DNA from: a virus
Taxonomy: Duplodnaviria > Caudoviricetes
Virus record (IMG/VR): IMGVR_UViG_3300032218_002699
Span: 1-26,671 of that record
Strand: one strand, 5' to 3'
DNA length: 26,671 bases
In this document: positions 1-6,808 of the stretch, piece by piece
Position numbering within the stretch: the stretch's first letter is position 1
Layout: each line of letters starts with the position of its first letter
Program-made: the position numbers and the translations under genes
The notes under the pieces: model-generated
What the model was told of the DNA's origin: nothing
The model's input: the letters and a program-made list of their open reading frames with translations, nothing else
Databases searched by the model: none

Positions 1-264
1 AATTCCACGACCATTAGACCCATTAGACCCATTGGCTCCCGCTGGTCCTACAATTTGTCCTGCATCATACCAAGATGATCCAGTCCATACATAAAAGTTT
101 CCAGTGCTTGTAACAATTCTGCAGTCATTGGTGGTATTTCCAGTTAATGCATTAAGAGCAACTTCTGTTGCTACTTCACCTTTAAGATTAAAATTTAGTC
201 CTGGAGGACCTGCTGGACCCGTGGCTCCCTTGCCACCACCAATTTTACTTGAAAAAGTTGGCAC
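1..264 (-). CDS. Collagen-like (Gly-X-Y) virion/fibre protein, N-terminal part; runs off the window
   Basis: Not in the ORF track. GTG at 264 overlaps the upstream TAG (TAGTG). Manual translation is open to base 1: MPTFSSKIGGGKGATGPAGPPGLNFNLKG...FYVWTGSSWYDAGQIVGPAGANGSNGSNGRGI. Confidence 0.85.
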   Translation of the reverse strand, partial: MPTFSSKIGGGKGATGPAGPPGLNFNLKGEVATEVALNALTGNTTNDCRIVTSTGNFYVWTGSSWYDAGQIVGPAGANGSNGSNGRGI

Positions 265-548
265 TAGCTTTGTATCCAAATAATTGCAACTTGTGTTGGT
301 TCTGCATCACAAACTGCATAAATTTCATCACCTGGTGCCAAATCTACTGCAAACTCCGCAGATGCATCAATTTTATATCCGTATGAACTTGAAGTAACTG
401 TAGAATCTCCAAGGAAAACAACATTTGTATCACTTAAATTTTGTATAGATATAGAAAGGCTCCTGGCATAATCTATTTCATCTGTTGCGGGAACTGTAAG
501 AAGAGTGGCAGAGTCGCTTGCAAGTTCAATCATTCTATGTGTTAACAT
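264..548 (-). CDS. Hypothetical 94-aa beta-rich protein, possibly virion-associated
   Basis: GGAGG Shine-Dalgarno upstream of the ATG; coupled to the collagen-like gene. Confidence 0.7.
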   Translation of the reverse strand: MLTHRMIELASDSATLLTVPATDEIDYARSLSISIQNLSDTNVVFLGDSTVTSSSYGYKIDASAEFAVDLAPGDEIYAVCDAEPTQVAIIWIQS

Positions 549-566
549 TTAAATCCTCCAAAAATA

Positions 567-575
567 AGTATACCA
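567..575 (-). promoter_or_regulatory. Extended -10 promoter (TGgTATACT)
   Basis: Minus strand TGGTATACT directly upstream of the GGAGG RBS of 264..548. Confidence 0.55.
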
Positions 576-632
576 TAAATTATTTATATATAAAAGCCCC
601 AATATCTTCCGTAAAACTTATTTAATACACTA

Positions 633-641
633 ATTATATCA
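633..641 (-). promoter_or_regulatory. Extended -10 promoter (TGaTATAAT) overlapping the stop codon of the GT2-TPR gene
   Basis: Minus strand ATG ATA TAA T; perfect TGnTATAAT. Confidence 0.5.
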
Positions 642-1686
642 TTGCGTTGTAAAATTCAATGTTTTTAATCAATCTTTCATCTCCTGGGCTATACTTAAGG
701 GCAATTTCTCCATATTTAATAGCAAGATCTTTTTTACCAACAAAATGAGCACATAAAGCTGCTATATCATAGACTCTCCCACCCCAAGCATACTGCTCAC
801 AAAAATATTCTGTTGGCTTTTCTGTTATTTCAAGAGCTTTTTCAGCCCAATATAATCCTCTTTCGTGATCTCCAATATCATAAAAATGTTGTGCCATAGA
901 AACAATTGGCTCTCTTCTTCCTGGAGATTCTTCCATTGATTTCATAAACCAATCAATTGCATTTTCTTTATCCATCTCCCCTAGCATTCTCATAGAGTTT
1001 GCTCTCTCTGGTTTCCACCAAGCGGACGGTAAAGAAAGATGTCTTTTAAACTCAACAATAGATTCTTCATATCTTCTTGCATAATATAATTCTCTAGCGT
1101 AATAGAATGAATTTCTATCACTTGTTGGGTCTTCATTTACTGCCATTTTTAACAAAGGCATATATTGACCTCTTGATTTTGTATTGTCTGGTAAATGATG
1201 AATTTCAAAGTTAAATTTTTGCGTACTTTCGTGTGAACCATAATATACTGGCAATTCATGAATTGGATATTTCCATCTATATCCCCATCTTGAATGGATT
1301 CTAAAACCATCAAATTCAGTTCCTACAGATCCATCTGGATTAAAACTTGTTACAAATCTATATTTGGGTTTAGTTATACCCATTTCAAAAGCTTTTTCTA
1401 ATTCTTCCCTCCAACCTTCAATTAAAACTTCATCAAGGTCTAAGGCTATACAATAATCTATATCTGCGGGAATTAAAGCCAAAGAAGCATTTCTTGCATC
1501 ATCAAAACGCCAAGGTTTAACGGAAACATCAAACACATTAATACCTAAACTTTTTGCAATTTCTACTGTGCTATCAGTTGAACCAGTGTCTGCAATAAGT
1601 AAATAATCTGCTTTTTCTGCAGATTTAGCCCAACGCTCTACATGCTTTTCTTCATTTAATGCAATTGAATATACTGCTACTTTCAT
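634..1686 (-). CDS. Family 2 (GT-A) glycosyltransferase with C-terminal TPR repeats
   Basis: IALNEEKHV, ADTGSTDST, FDDARNASL, DLDE (DxD) and YPIHE motifs; helical TPR-like C-terminus. Confidence 0.9.
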   Translation of the reverse strand: MKVAVYSIALNEEKHVERWAKSAEKADYLLIADTGSTDSTVEIAKSLGINVFDVSVKPWRFDDARNASLALIPADIDYCIALDLDEVLIEGWREELEKAFEMGITKPKYRFVTSFNPDGSVGTEFDGFRIHSRWGYRWKYPIHELPVYYGSHESTQKFNFEIHHLPDNTKSRGQYMPLLKMAVNEDPTSDRNSFYYARELYYARRYEESIVEFKRHLSLPSAWWKPERANSMRMLGEMDKENAIDWFMKSMEESPGRREPIVSMAQHFYDIGDHERGLYWAEKALEITEKPTEYFCEQYAWGGRVYDIAALCAHFVGKKDLAIKYGEIALKYSPGDERLIKNIEFYNAMI

Positions 1687-1703
1687 AATTACCCCTTTAC
1701 TAT

Positions 1704-1712
1704 ATTATATCA
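1704..1712 (-). promoter_or_regulatory. Extended -10 promoter (TGaTATAAT) for the GT2-TPR gene
   Basis: Perfect TGnTATAAT just after tRNA-Lys, followed by an AAGGGG RBS and the ATG at 1686. Confidence 0.6.
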
Positions 1713-1714
1713 GG

Positions 1715-1787
1715 TGTCCTCAGTTGGACTTGAACCAACGACCCGCAGATTAAAAGTCTGCTGCTCTACCAGCTGAGCTATAAAGAC
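1715..1787 (-). tRNA. tRNA-Lys(UUU)
   Basis: GTCTTTA/TGAGGAC acceptor stem, GCAGA-CTTTTAA-TCTGC anticodon arm, GTTGG-TTCAAGT-CCAAC T arm; CCA not encoded. Confidence 0.95.
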
Positions 1788-1790
1788 TTA

Positions 1791-1920
1791 GGGGTTATAG
1801 GTAACTTGCGACTTCCAGTTTGCACATGACGTAACTTGCTGGATCTGTCACTCCGTAAACTCTTTCGAGTTCGGGTGTGTATATGTAACTATATCATCCT
1901 AAGATTGTTACCTATAACCT
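1791..1920 (-). ncRNA. Unclassified structured RNA (~130 nt) between tRNA(CAU) and tRNA-Lys
   Basis: Perfect 13-bp terminal inverted repeat GGTTATAGGTAAC / GTTACCTATAACC; internal CAC-CCG-AACTC-GAAA-GAGTT-CGG-GTG GNRA hairpin (with bulges); CCAG/CTGG arm; no T-loop or anticodon arm. Confidence 0.7.
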
Positions 1921-1922
1921 TG

Positions 1923-1996
1923 TAGAGCAGGTAGGACTCGAACCTACGATTACCGAATTATGAGTTCGGGGCTTTAACCAACTAAGCTACTACTCC
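1923..1996 (-). tRNA. tRNA with CAU anticodon (Ile2/lysidine-type or elongator Met)
   Basis: GGAGTAG/CTGCTCT acceptor, CCGAA-CTCATAA-TTCGG anticodon arm, GTAGG-TTCGAGT-CCTAC T arm; lacks initiator features (no three consecutive G-C pairs closing the anticodon stem, no C1:A72 mismatch). Confidence 0.92.
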
Positions 1997-1997
1997 G

Positions 1998-2071
1998 TAG
2001 GAAAAATAGGACTTGAACCTATACTCGCCTGCATATAAGACAGGTGCTTTAACCAATTAAGCTATTTTCCC
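1998..2071 (-). tRNA. tRNA-Ile(UAU)
   Basis: GGGAAAA/TTTTCCT acceptor, CCTGT-CTTATAT-GCAGG anticodon arm (anticodon TAT), ATAGG-TTCAAGT-CCTAT T arm. Confidence 0.88.
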
Positions 2072-2490
2072 TTATTATTTTTCATTGCTTGTACAAATTC
2101 TGGACTTCCCAGATAATGCTCAATTACCTCAACTCTATAACATAAATTTTTATTATTTTCAGAACAATAATCTATTAACCAAGTAAGTGCTTTGACATCT
2201 AAAATTTTACCAGCCTCTACAATATTAAAATACGGAATACCATTTATTTCACGCTCATCTACGATGGCAGAAATATCTTCAGGTTTCATCCACTCAGGTA
2301 TATTCATGTCTTTTATCCAAGAACATTGATACGTTTTGCATGGTTCTTCTGGCCTTGTTTTATATATAGAGCATCCTTTACCAATAGCTAAAAAATGGCA
2401 AGGTCTTCCTGGATAAAATGGATGACTATAAGCATCTCCACTTAACCATCCCTCGCAACATTTAGTACAAGTACCGCAAGATCTCGTCAT
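2062..2490 (-). CDS. YkgJ-like cysteine-cluster (CxxCxxCC, Zn or Fe-S) protein
   Basis: CGTCTKCC ... CHFL ... GCSIYKTRPEEPCKTYQCSW signature. Confidence 0.8.
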   Translation of the reverse strand: MTRSCGTCTKCCEGWLSGDAYSHPFYPGRPCHFLAIGKGCSIYKTRPEEPCKTYQCSWIKDMNIPEWMKPEDISAIVDEREINGIPYFNIVEAGKILDVKALTWLIDYCSENNKNLCYRVEVIEHYLGSPEFVQAMKNNKGK

Positions 2491-2504
2491 GTTATTCTTT
2501 CTTA

Positions 2505-2738
2505 TTAAGCGTGTGGGGGTTCTATATTTTTATTTTCTATCAACTTATCTCTTTCGTCAATAGTTTCATAAGCAAATGGAATAAGTGCTTTTTCATTTTG
2601 ATTATAATGGTGGCCACAAAACATTAATTCTCCAGTTACACCTTTTACTAAAACAAGTGCTTCTGCAGAACATTGATCACAACGATCAACTGGACTTAAT
2701 ATGTATTGCTTTTCAATTACTTCTTCTGTTGTCATCAT
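2505..2738 (-). CDS. Small actinobacterial-type Zn-finger protein (DRCDxC...LxFCGHH)
   Basis: LSPVDRCDQCSAEA...GELMFCGHHY...IDER resembles a small protein widespread in Actinobacteria (recognised from memory). Confidence 0.75.
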   Translation of the reverse strand: MMTTEEVIEKQYILSPVDRCDQCSAEALVLVKGVTGELMFCGHHYNQNEKALIPFAYETIDERDKLIENKNIEPPHA

Positions 2739-2742
2739 TATA

Positions 2743-2771
2743 AGTATACTGCTTTCTGTTGTAGTTGTCTA
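2743..2771 (-). promoter_or_regulatory. Sigma-A-type promoter TAGACA-17-TATACT, probably leaderless
   Basis: -35 at 2766-2771, -10 at 2743-2748; ATGs begin 4 and 7 nt after the -10. Confidence 0.6.
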
Positions 2772-2778
2772 TTTTTCG

Positions 2779-2850
2779 AGCGGATGATGGGATTCGAACC
2801 CACGACATCTACCTTGGCAAGGTAGAACTCTACCACTGAGTTACATCCGC
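2779..2850 (-). tRNA. tRNA-Gly(GCC)
   Basis: GCGGATG/CATCCGC acceptor, U73, CTACC-TTGCCAA-GGTAG anticodon arm, GGTTCGAATCC T arm. Confidence 0.96.
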
Positions 2851-2854
2851 ATCG

Positions 2855-2927
2855 CTGCCCCACCAGGCCTCGATCCTGGGACATCCGAATTAACAGTTCG
2901 GCGCTCTACCAACTGAGCTATGGGGCA
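2855..2927 (-). tRNA. tRNA-Asn(GUU)
   Basis: TGCCCCA/TGGGGCA acceptor, G73, CCGAA-CTGTTAA-TTCGG anticodon arm; atypical T loop ATCGAGG. Confidence 0.92.
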
Positions 2928-2933
2928 ATAAAA

Positions 2934-3221
2934 CTATTCTATCTTACCGAATGGATTATTGTCAACCATATTTAAAATGTCTTGTGGATTATTTATTAAT
3001 CTTCTTTGTGCTTCAAATTTACCTAATTGTACAATTTCATCTGCAATTGTATGCATCATATCTAATAAACCTTGTGCATATTTTTTTTCTGAAGGATTAA
3101 CAGTTTCAACCTCTTCACTCATTTTCACAGCAGACTGCGCAAAATATTCACATAATTCAGTTAAAGATATATAAATATCTTCATCATCTTCAATTGTTTT
3201 CATTACGCCATTACCTAGCAT
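2934..3221 (-). CDS. Hypothetical acidic protein
   Basis: AAAGGA RBS 5 nt before the ATG; promoter upstream. Confidence 0.7.
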   Translation of the reverse strand: MLGNGVMKTIEDDEDIYISLTELCEYFAQSAVKMSEEVETVNPSEKKYAQGLLDMMHTIADEIVQLGKFEAQRRLINNPQDILNMVDNNPFGKIE

Positions 3222-3249
3222 TTTTATCCTTTGTTAGTATTGAGACTGT

Positions 3250-3278
3250 AGTCTATCAGAGAATTGTAAAATTGTCTA
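3250..3278 (-). promoter_or_regulatory. Sigma-A-type promoter TAGACA-17-(TGa)TAGACT
   Basis: -35 at 3273-3278, -10 at 3250-3255; the terminase TGA stop supplies the extended TG. Confidence 0.6.
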
Positions 3279-5100
3279 CAAACCCGCTGTGGTTTTCATC
3301 TAGATCTTGTTCCATGAAATCCCGTATATCAGCAGGCATTTGTTTTCTTTCTGGCATCTTAATGGTGTGTTTTAATCTTGAATCTGATTCTTTTCTTAAT
3401 TGTTCAAGTTCATCAGCAAATACCCCAGAATAAGTATAGATTTCTACGTCTTGATTTGCGTCCCTAGGTGTTAACGCTACAGAGTTGTATATTGCCCCGC
3501 AAACAGCGTCTGAGAGGTCCTTAGAGCCCTTTCTAGGGTGATCTACCTTATCCTTTACAATTCTTAATTGCAGCAATTCATCAATAAGTAATTGAATATG
3601 TGGTCCATACACACGCTCTTCAGTAATACAAAGAGACATATCTTCGTAATGTTTTTTAGCCACAGATAATGTTTCGCAATTAATGCCATGAGCTTTAAGT
3701 TGTTGCATCATATCGTGTGAGTTCCAACGGTCAAATGTTACCATTTTTAAGTTAAAACCTTTTTCTCTTAAACTAATTATATAGTCTTTTACTTCTGTAA
3801 AGTCAACTGATTTTGATTGAGTTGGTGTCCAATATCTTACAGCATCTACAATAATTTTAGGGGCTGCTTCTTTCATCTTGTCCCCAATTTTCATTGTTAC
3901 CCAACTTTGAACGTGTGCTAATGCCACAGCACAATGGTCATGTTTTTGAGCTAAGTCAACGTGAACATAATAAAGTTTATCGGGATCTGGCTGGAATCTA
4001 TCGTCAAATCTTCCATAAAAATCTACGCCCATATTAGGATTACTAAATGCTTTTTCAATTACTGCTCTGTTTTTAAAGAATGCATCTGTAGCATCTGGTG
4101 GCATACAAGCAAAACGAGATAAAGCATCTGTTGGGTCTGTGTAAAAGTCAATTGTAAAATCTTCAATTTTTCTTGTTGGGTTAACATCCCAAGTTGGTCT
4201 TTTTAAAGCAAATGTTCTTGGAATTTTATATGAAATAATGTGGTCTTCTTCCCACTCTAATTCAAATTCGTTTCCTACTGTTCCATCTGGAAGTTCAGGA
4301 TCAACTTTAAATGAATGGTGCCTAATAACTACTTCTTTTTCAGCAATAACTTCATTATATCTTTGCTGGATATAGTCATTTTTAAAACGTGGGAATGAAA
4401 GTAGAATAACTTTTCCAAAATCTGGAAAACGTGAGTTAACTGATGCACGATACATCTTGTAAATAGATGAAGCTGTCTTTGCCTGTTCATTTCCAGATGT
4501 TGACTCTAAATCAAAACCAGAAATTTCATCTAGGATAACAATAAGAACGTTATAGCCTTCCCAAGCTTCTCTTTCTGAGTGTCCTGAGTGAACTGTTACA
4601 GCTTTGTCAAACTCAACCATATTTGCTTTTGCAATATATTTTCCTTGAAACCAAGGGGATTTTTCAATACGTTGATTAAAGCCTTTAAAAAAAACTCTAT
4701 TTGCCTGCACAGCATTGATAGCAATATTGATAATATCAATAGAGTCGCCTGGAGGTTTTTTAAAATATCTGGCTGGATCTGCTAAACATAAAAGTAAATG
4801 CACTACATAGGCACAAGCAATAGTTGAAGTGTAATCTTTTCCTGAACCTTTGCCAAGTTGTAAGATTACTTCGCTACAAGTTTGTTTAAATATTTTTTCG
4901 CCTTCTTCATACCCATAAAGATTATGAAGGGTATCTCTTCTGTATATTTGAGTAGAAGCCTTAATCATTGTGTATTGATATTCGGAAAGAGGTGGTAGAC
5001 CTAAATAATGTCTACTAGTTACAAATTCCTCTAGCGTTGCTGGCTTTTCAAAAAAATCATCACCTTCAAGGGCATCTATAAAATCGTCAAAATCAAACAT
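3256..5100 (-). CDS. terL: Terminase large subunit
   Basis: Walker A GKGSGKD, Walker B ILDE, coupling motif LSFP, RNase H-like nuclease motifs HVDLA, TFDRWNS and DHP..GSKDLSDA. Confidence 0.93.
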   Translation of the reverse strand: MFDFDDFIDALEGDDFFEKPATLEEFVTSRHYLGLPPLSEYQYTMIKASTQIYRRDTLHNLYGYEEGEKIFKQTCSEVILQLGKGSGKDYTSTIACAYVVHLLLCLADPARYFKKPPGDSIDIINIAINAVQANRVFFKGFNQRIEKSPWFQGKYIAKANMVEFDKAVTVHSGHSEREAWEGYNVLIVILDEISGFDLESTSGNEQAKTASSIYKMYRASVNSRFPDFGKVILLSFPRFKNDYIQQRYNEVIAEKEVVIRHHSFKVDPELPDGTVGNEFELEWEEDHIISYKIPRTFALKRPTWDVNPTRKIEDFTIDFYTDPTDALSRFACMPPDATDAFFKNRAVIEKAFSNPNMGVDFYGRFDDRFQPDPDKLYYVHVDLAQKHDHCAVALAHVQSWVTMKIGDKMKEAAPKIIVDAVRYWTPTQSKSVDFTEVKDYIISLREKGFNLKMVTFDRWNSHDMMQQLKAHGINCETLSVAKKHYEDMSLCITEERVYGPHIQLLIDELLQLRIVKDKVDHPRKGSKDLSDAVCGAIYNSVALTPRDANQDVEIYTYSGVFADELEQLRKESDSRLKHTIKMPERKQMPADIRDFMEQDLDENHSGFVDNFTIL

Positions 5101-5614
5101 CTACTGCTTCAACTTGTCCCGTAACTTCTGATAATCTGCTTGATACTTGCCATTTACATTTTTCACAAGATGAAGTTACATCTCTTAAAATACCTACTAA
5201 AATTTCTTGTTTTCTTTCTGATTCTATAATCTTATCAGCCATACTGCTATCTTCAAGAACTCCCGCTTTATTTAACATATCAATTCTTTTTGCTTCTATA
5301 TCAGCAATTAATTTTAATGAAGCAACTTTAACTCCAAGTTGTCCCGCTTCCTCAGCATCTTCTGCTGTGGCCCATGCGGATGAAATAAGTAGTTGATAAT
5401 GTTGATCAGCTCCTGCAAGTGCTTCTTTAGCTCTTTCTCTAATAGCCGTATTATCCTGAACCATCATCTTCCAATTATCAATATGAGTGGTTACTTGAAC
5501 ACGAGTCATATCCAACCTACGTGCAATTTGAACGGGAGTATTACCCTTAAGTAGTTCTTCAACTACTTTATTCATTTGATCAAACTGCCCTGCAATTTCT
5601 ATTTCATTATCCAT
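5093..5614 (-). CDS. HTH protein, probable terminase small subunit
   Basis: ATG at 5614 (MDNEIE) preferred over the track start; HTH-like TPVQIARRLDMTRVQV; helical; overlaps the terL start. Confidence 0.65.
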   Translation of the reverse strand: MDNEIEIAGQFDQMNKVVEELLKGNTPVQIARRLDMTRVQVTTHIDNWKMMVQDNTAIRERAKEALAGADQHYQLLISSAWATAEDAEEAGQLGVKVASLKLIADIEAKRIDMLNKAGVLEDSSMADKIIESERKQEILVGILRDVTSSCEKCKWQVSSRLSEVTGQVEAVDV

Positions 5615-5792
5615 TGTCTGTTTTATAAAACCCTGATCCCTTGAATTGTATCCCAAACGGCGTGTAATAACGAACCATTGTGGATGAGCATTCTTCACAC
5701 TTATAAAAGCCCTCTTCGTCTGTTATAGAACGAGTAATCTCAAGAGTTGCATGGCTCTCATCATCAACGCATCTGTATACATAAATAGGCAT
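5607..5792 (-). CDS. FmdB-family zinc-ribbon protein
   Basis: MPIYVYRC...CEEC...M.R......IQFKGSGFYKTD signature. Confidence 0.88.
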   Translation of the reverse strand: MPIYVYRCVDDESHATLEITRSITDEEGFYKCEECSSTMVRYYTPFGIQFKGSGFYKTDNG

Positions 5793-5797
5793 ACTTA

Positions 5798-5827
5798 ATT
5801 ATACTCCCTGCAACCTGTCTTTGTCAA
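5798..5827 (-). promoter_or_regulatory. Consensus promoter TTGACA-18-TATAAT, probably leaderless
   Basis: -35 at 5822-5827, -10 at 5798-5803; ATG 5 nt downstream with no room for an RBS. Confidence 0.75.
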
Positions 5828-6146
5828 TCGCAATTTTAAGTAAGATTAAATAACCAATCAAATCATCAATATCATTATCTCCAGCAAAACCTTGATTATT
5901 TTTTACACGATTTATTTTATCGTCAATCCTAATTTTTATCTGCTCAATGCTATCTGATTGTGCAAAAATTCTAACTGGGCTTAAAGCTGAGTCGCCATAG
6001 GATATATTTTTGTTAATAAGCATTTCCATAATCTCTAAGCAAGACGTTATAATTTTTGAACCAGACGGGGCACCAGTTGCTATCAATTGCAAATCTGTTA
6101 TCCATGCTTGATAACCATTTCTATTTGGGTATTCTACTGTGTACAC
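5799..6146 (-). CDS. DUF1599 / nucleotide-modification-associated domain-like all-alpha protein
   Basis: KNISYGDS...IRIDDKINR...DDLIGY motif pattern; GTG start overlaps the upstream TAG. Confidence 0.7.
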   Translation of the reverse strand: MYTVEYPNRNGYQAWITDLQLIATGAPSGSKIITSCLEIMEMLINKNISYGDSALSPVRIFAQSDSIEQIKIRIDDKINRVKNNQGFAGDNDIDDLIGYLILLKIAIDKDRLQGV

Positions 6147-6808
6147 TACAATTCCTCCCTATATAACATTTTTAAACCGCTTACAGTTCCAATGTCTAAA
6201 TATTTTCCTTTTGCTTTAATAGCTTTAATGGATTTACCTTCGTCCAGCCATTCTTTAATTTGTATTCCTGGGTGAGGCAATTCTTCATTAATATAAACAT
6301 TCTGTATTGACATAGCTCCCCACATATAAGGATATTGACAACCTTTTACTTTATCTTTTGCATCTATTAATGTACCATCTTCATCAAAAAGAATTTGTCC
6401 AACTCTGCCCGCCAGTTCATCATGACATTCAAAAGCAGCAAGCGTTACATCCGCATCTGATTTAGCAAGATCTGAATAAAATGTTCCATTTGACCCAGGC
6501 ATGTAGGTGTCTGGCATTCCAATTATATATTTACTATCTGGGTTTACCATCATTTTTAAAAGTGCATCCGACATAGTTGAAGGTTCAATTTCATAAACTA
6601 CTGCTTCTGGTGGCAAATCCATTTGATTAACGATTGGTAACCAATTCTTTCTGGTTGATATTTTTACAATATCACATACTTTTAGCATTTGTTCTACATG
6701 CCATTGTAAAATATTCTGTTCATCGGTTAATGGTAAACAAAACTTTGGTATACCACCAAGTCTGCTTGCACTACCTGAAGCTGGAAGTAAACCAATTATC
6801 GCAGCCAT
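6146..6808 (-). CDS. Sugar-1-phosphate nucleotidyltransferase (NTP_transferase fold)
   Basis: GLLPASGSASRLGGIPKFCLP (GxGxR...PK-like), GMPD, C-terminal YLDIGT. Confidence 0.85.
   Translation of the reverse strand: MAAIIGLLPASGSASRLGGIPKFCLPLTDEQNILQWHVEQMLKVCDIVKISTRKNWLPIVNQMDLPPEAVVYEIEPSTMSDALLKMMVNPDSKYIIGMPDTYMPGSNGTFYSDLAKSDADVTLAAFECHDELAGRVGQILFDEDGTLIDAKDKVKGCQYPYMWGAMSIQNVYINEELPHPGIQIKEWLDEGKSIKAIKAKGKYLDIGTVSGLKMLYREEL

Noticed and set aside
11-40. 9-bp tandem repeat CCATTAGAC
   Set aside because: Explained by Gly-Ser-Asn collagen triplets in the coding frame.
1791-1920. Theta/HDV-like ribozyme, hammerhead, YrlA, tmRNA or intron-containing tRNA as the identity of the inter-tRNA element
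   Set aside because: By eye I found no nested HDV pseudoknot, no CUGAUGA core, no T-loop and no tag ORF; a formal covariance-model search is still needed.
2031-2045. Ochre suppressor (UUA) reading of the CTTATAT loop, or a recoded genetic code
   Set aside because: The CCTGT/GCAGG stem centres the anticodon on TAT; TAA, TAG and TGA all end genes normally and conserved genes are uninterrupted.
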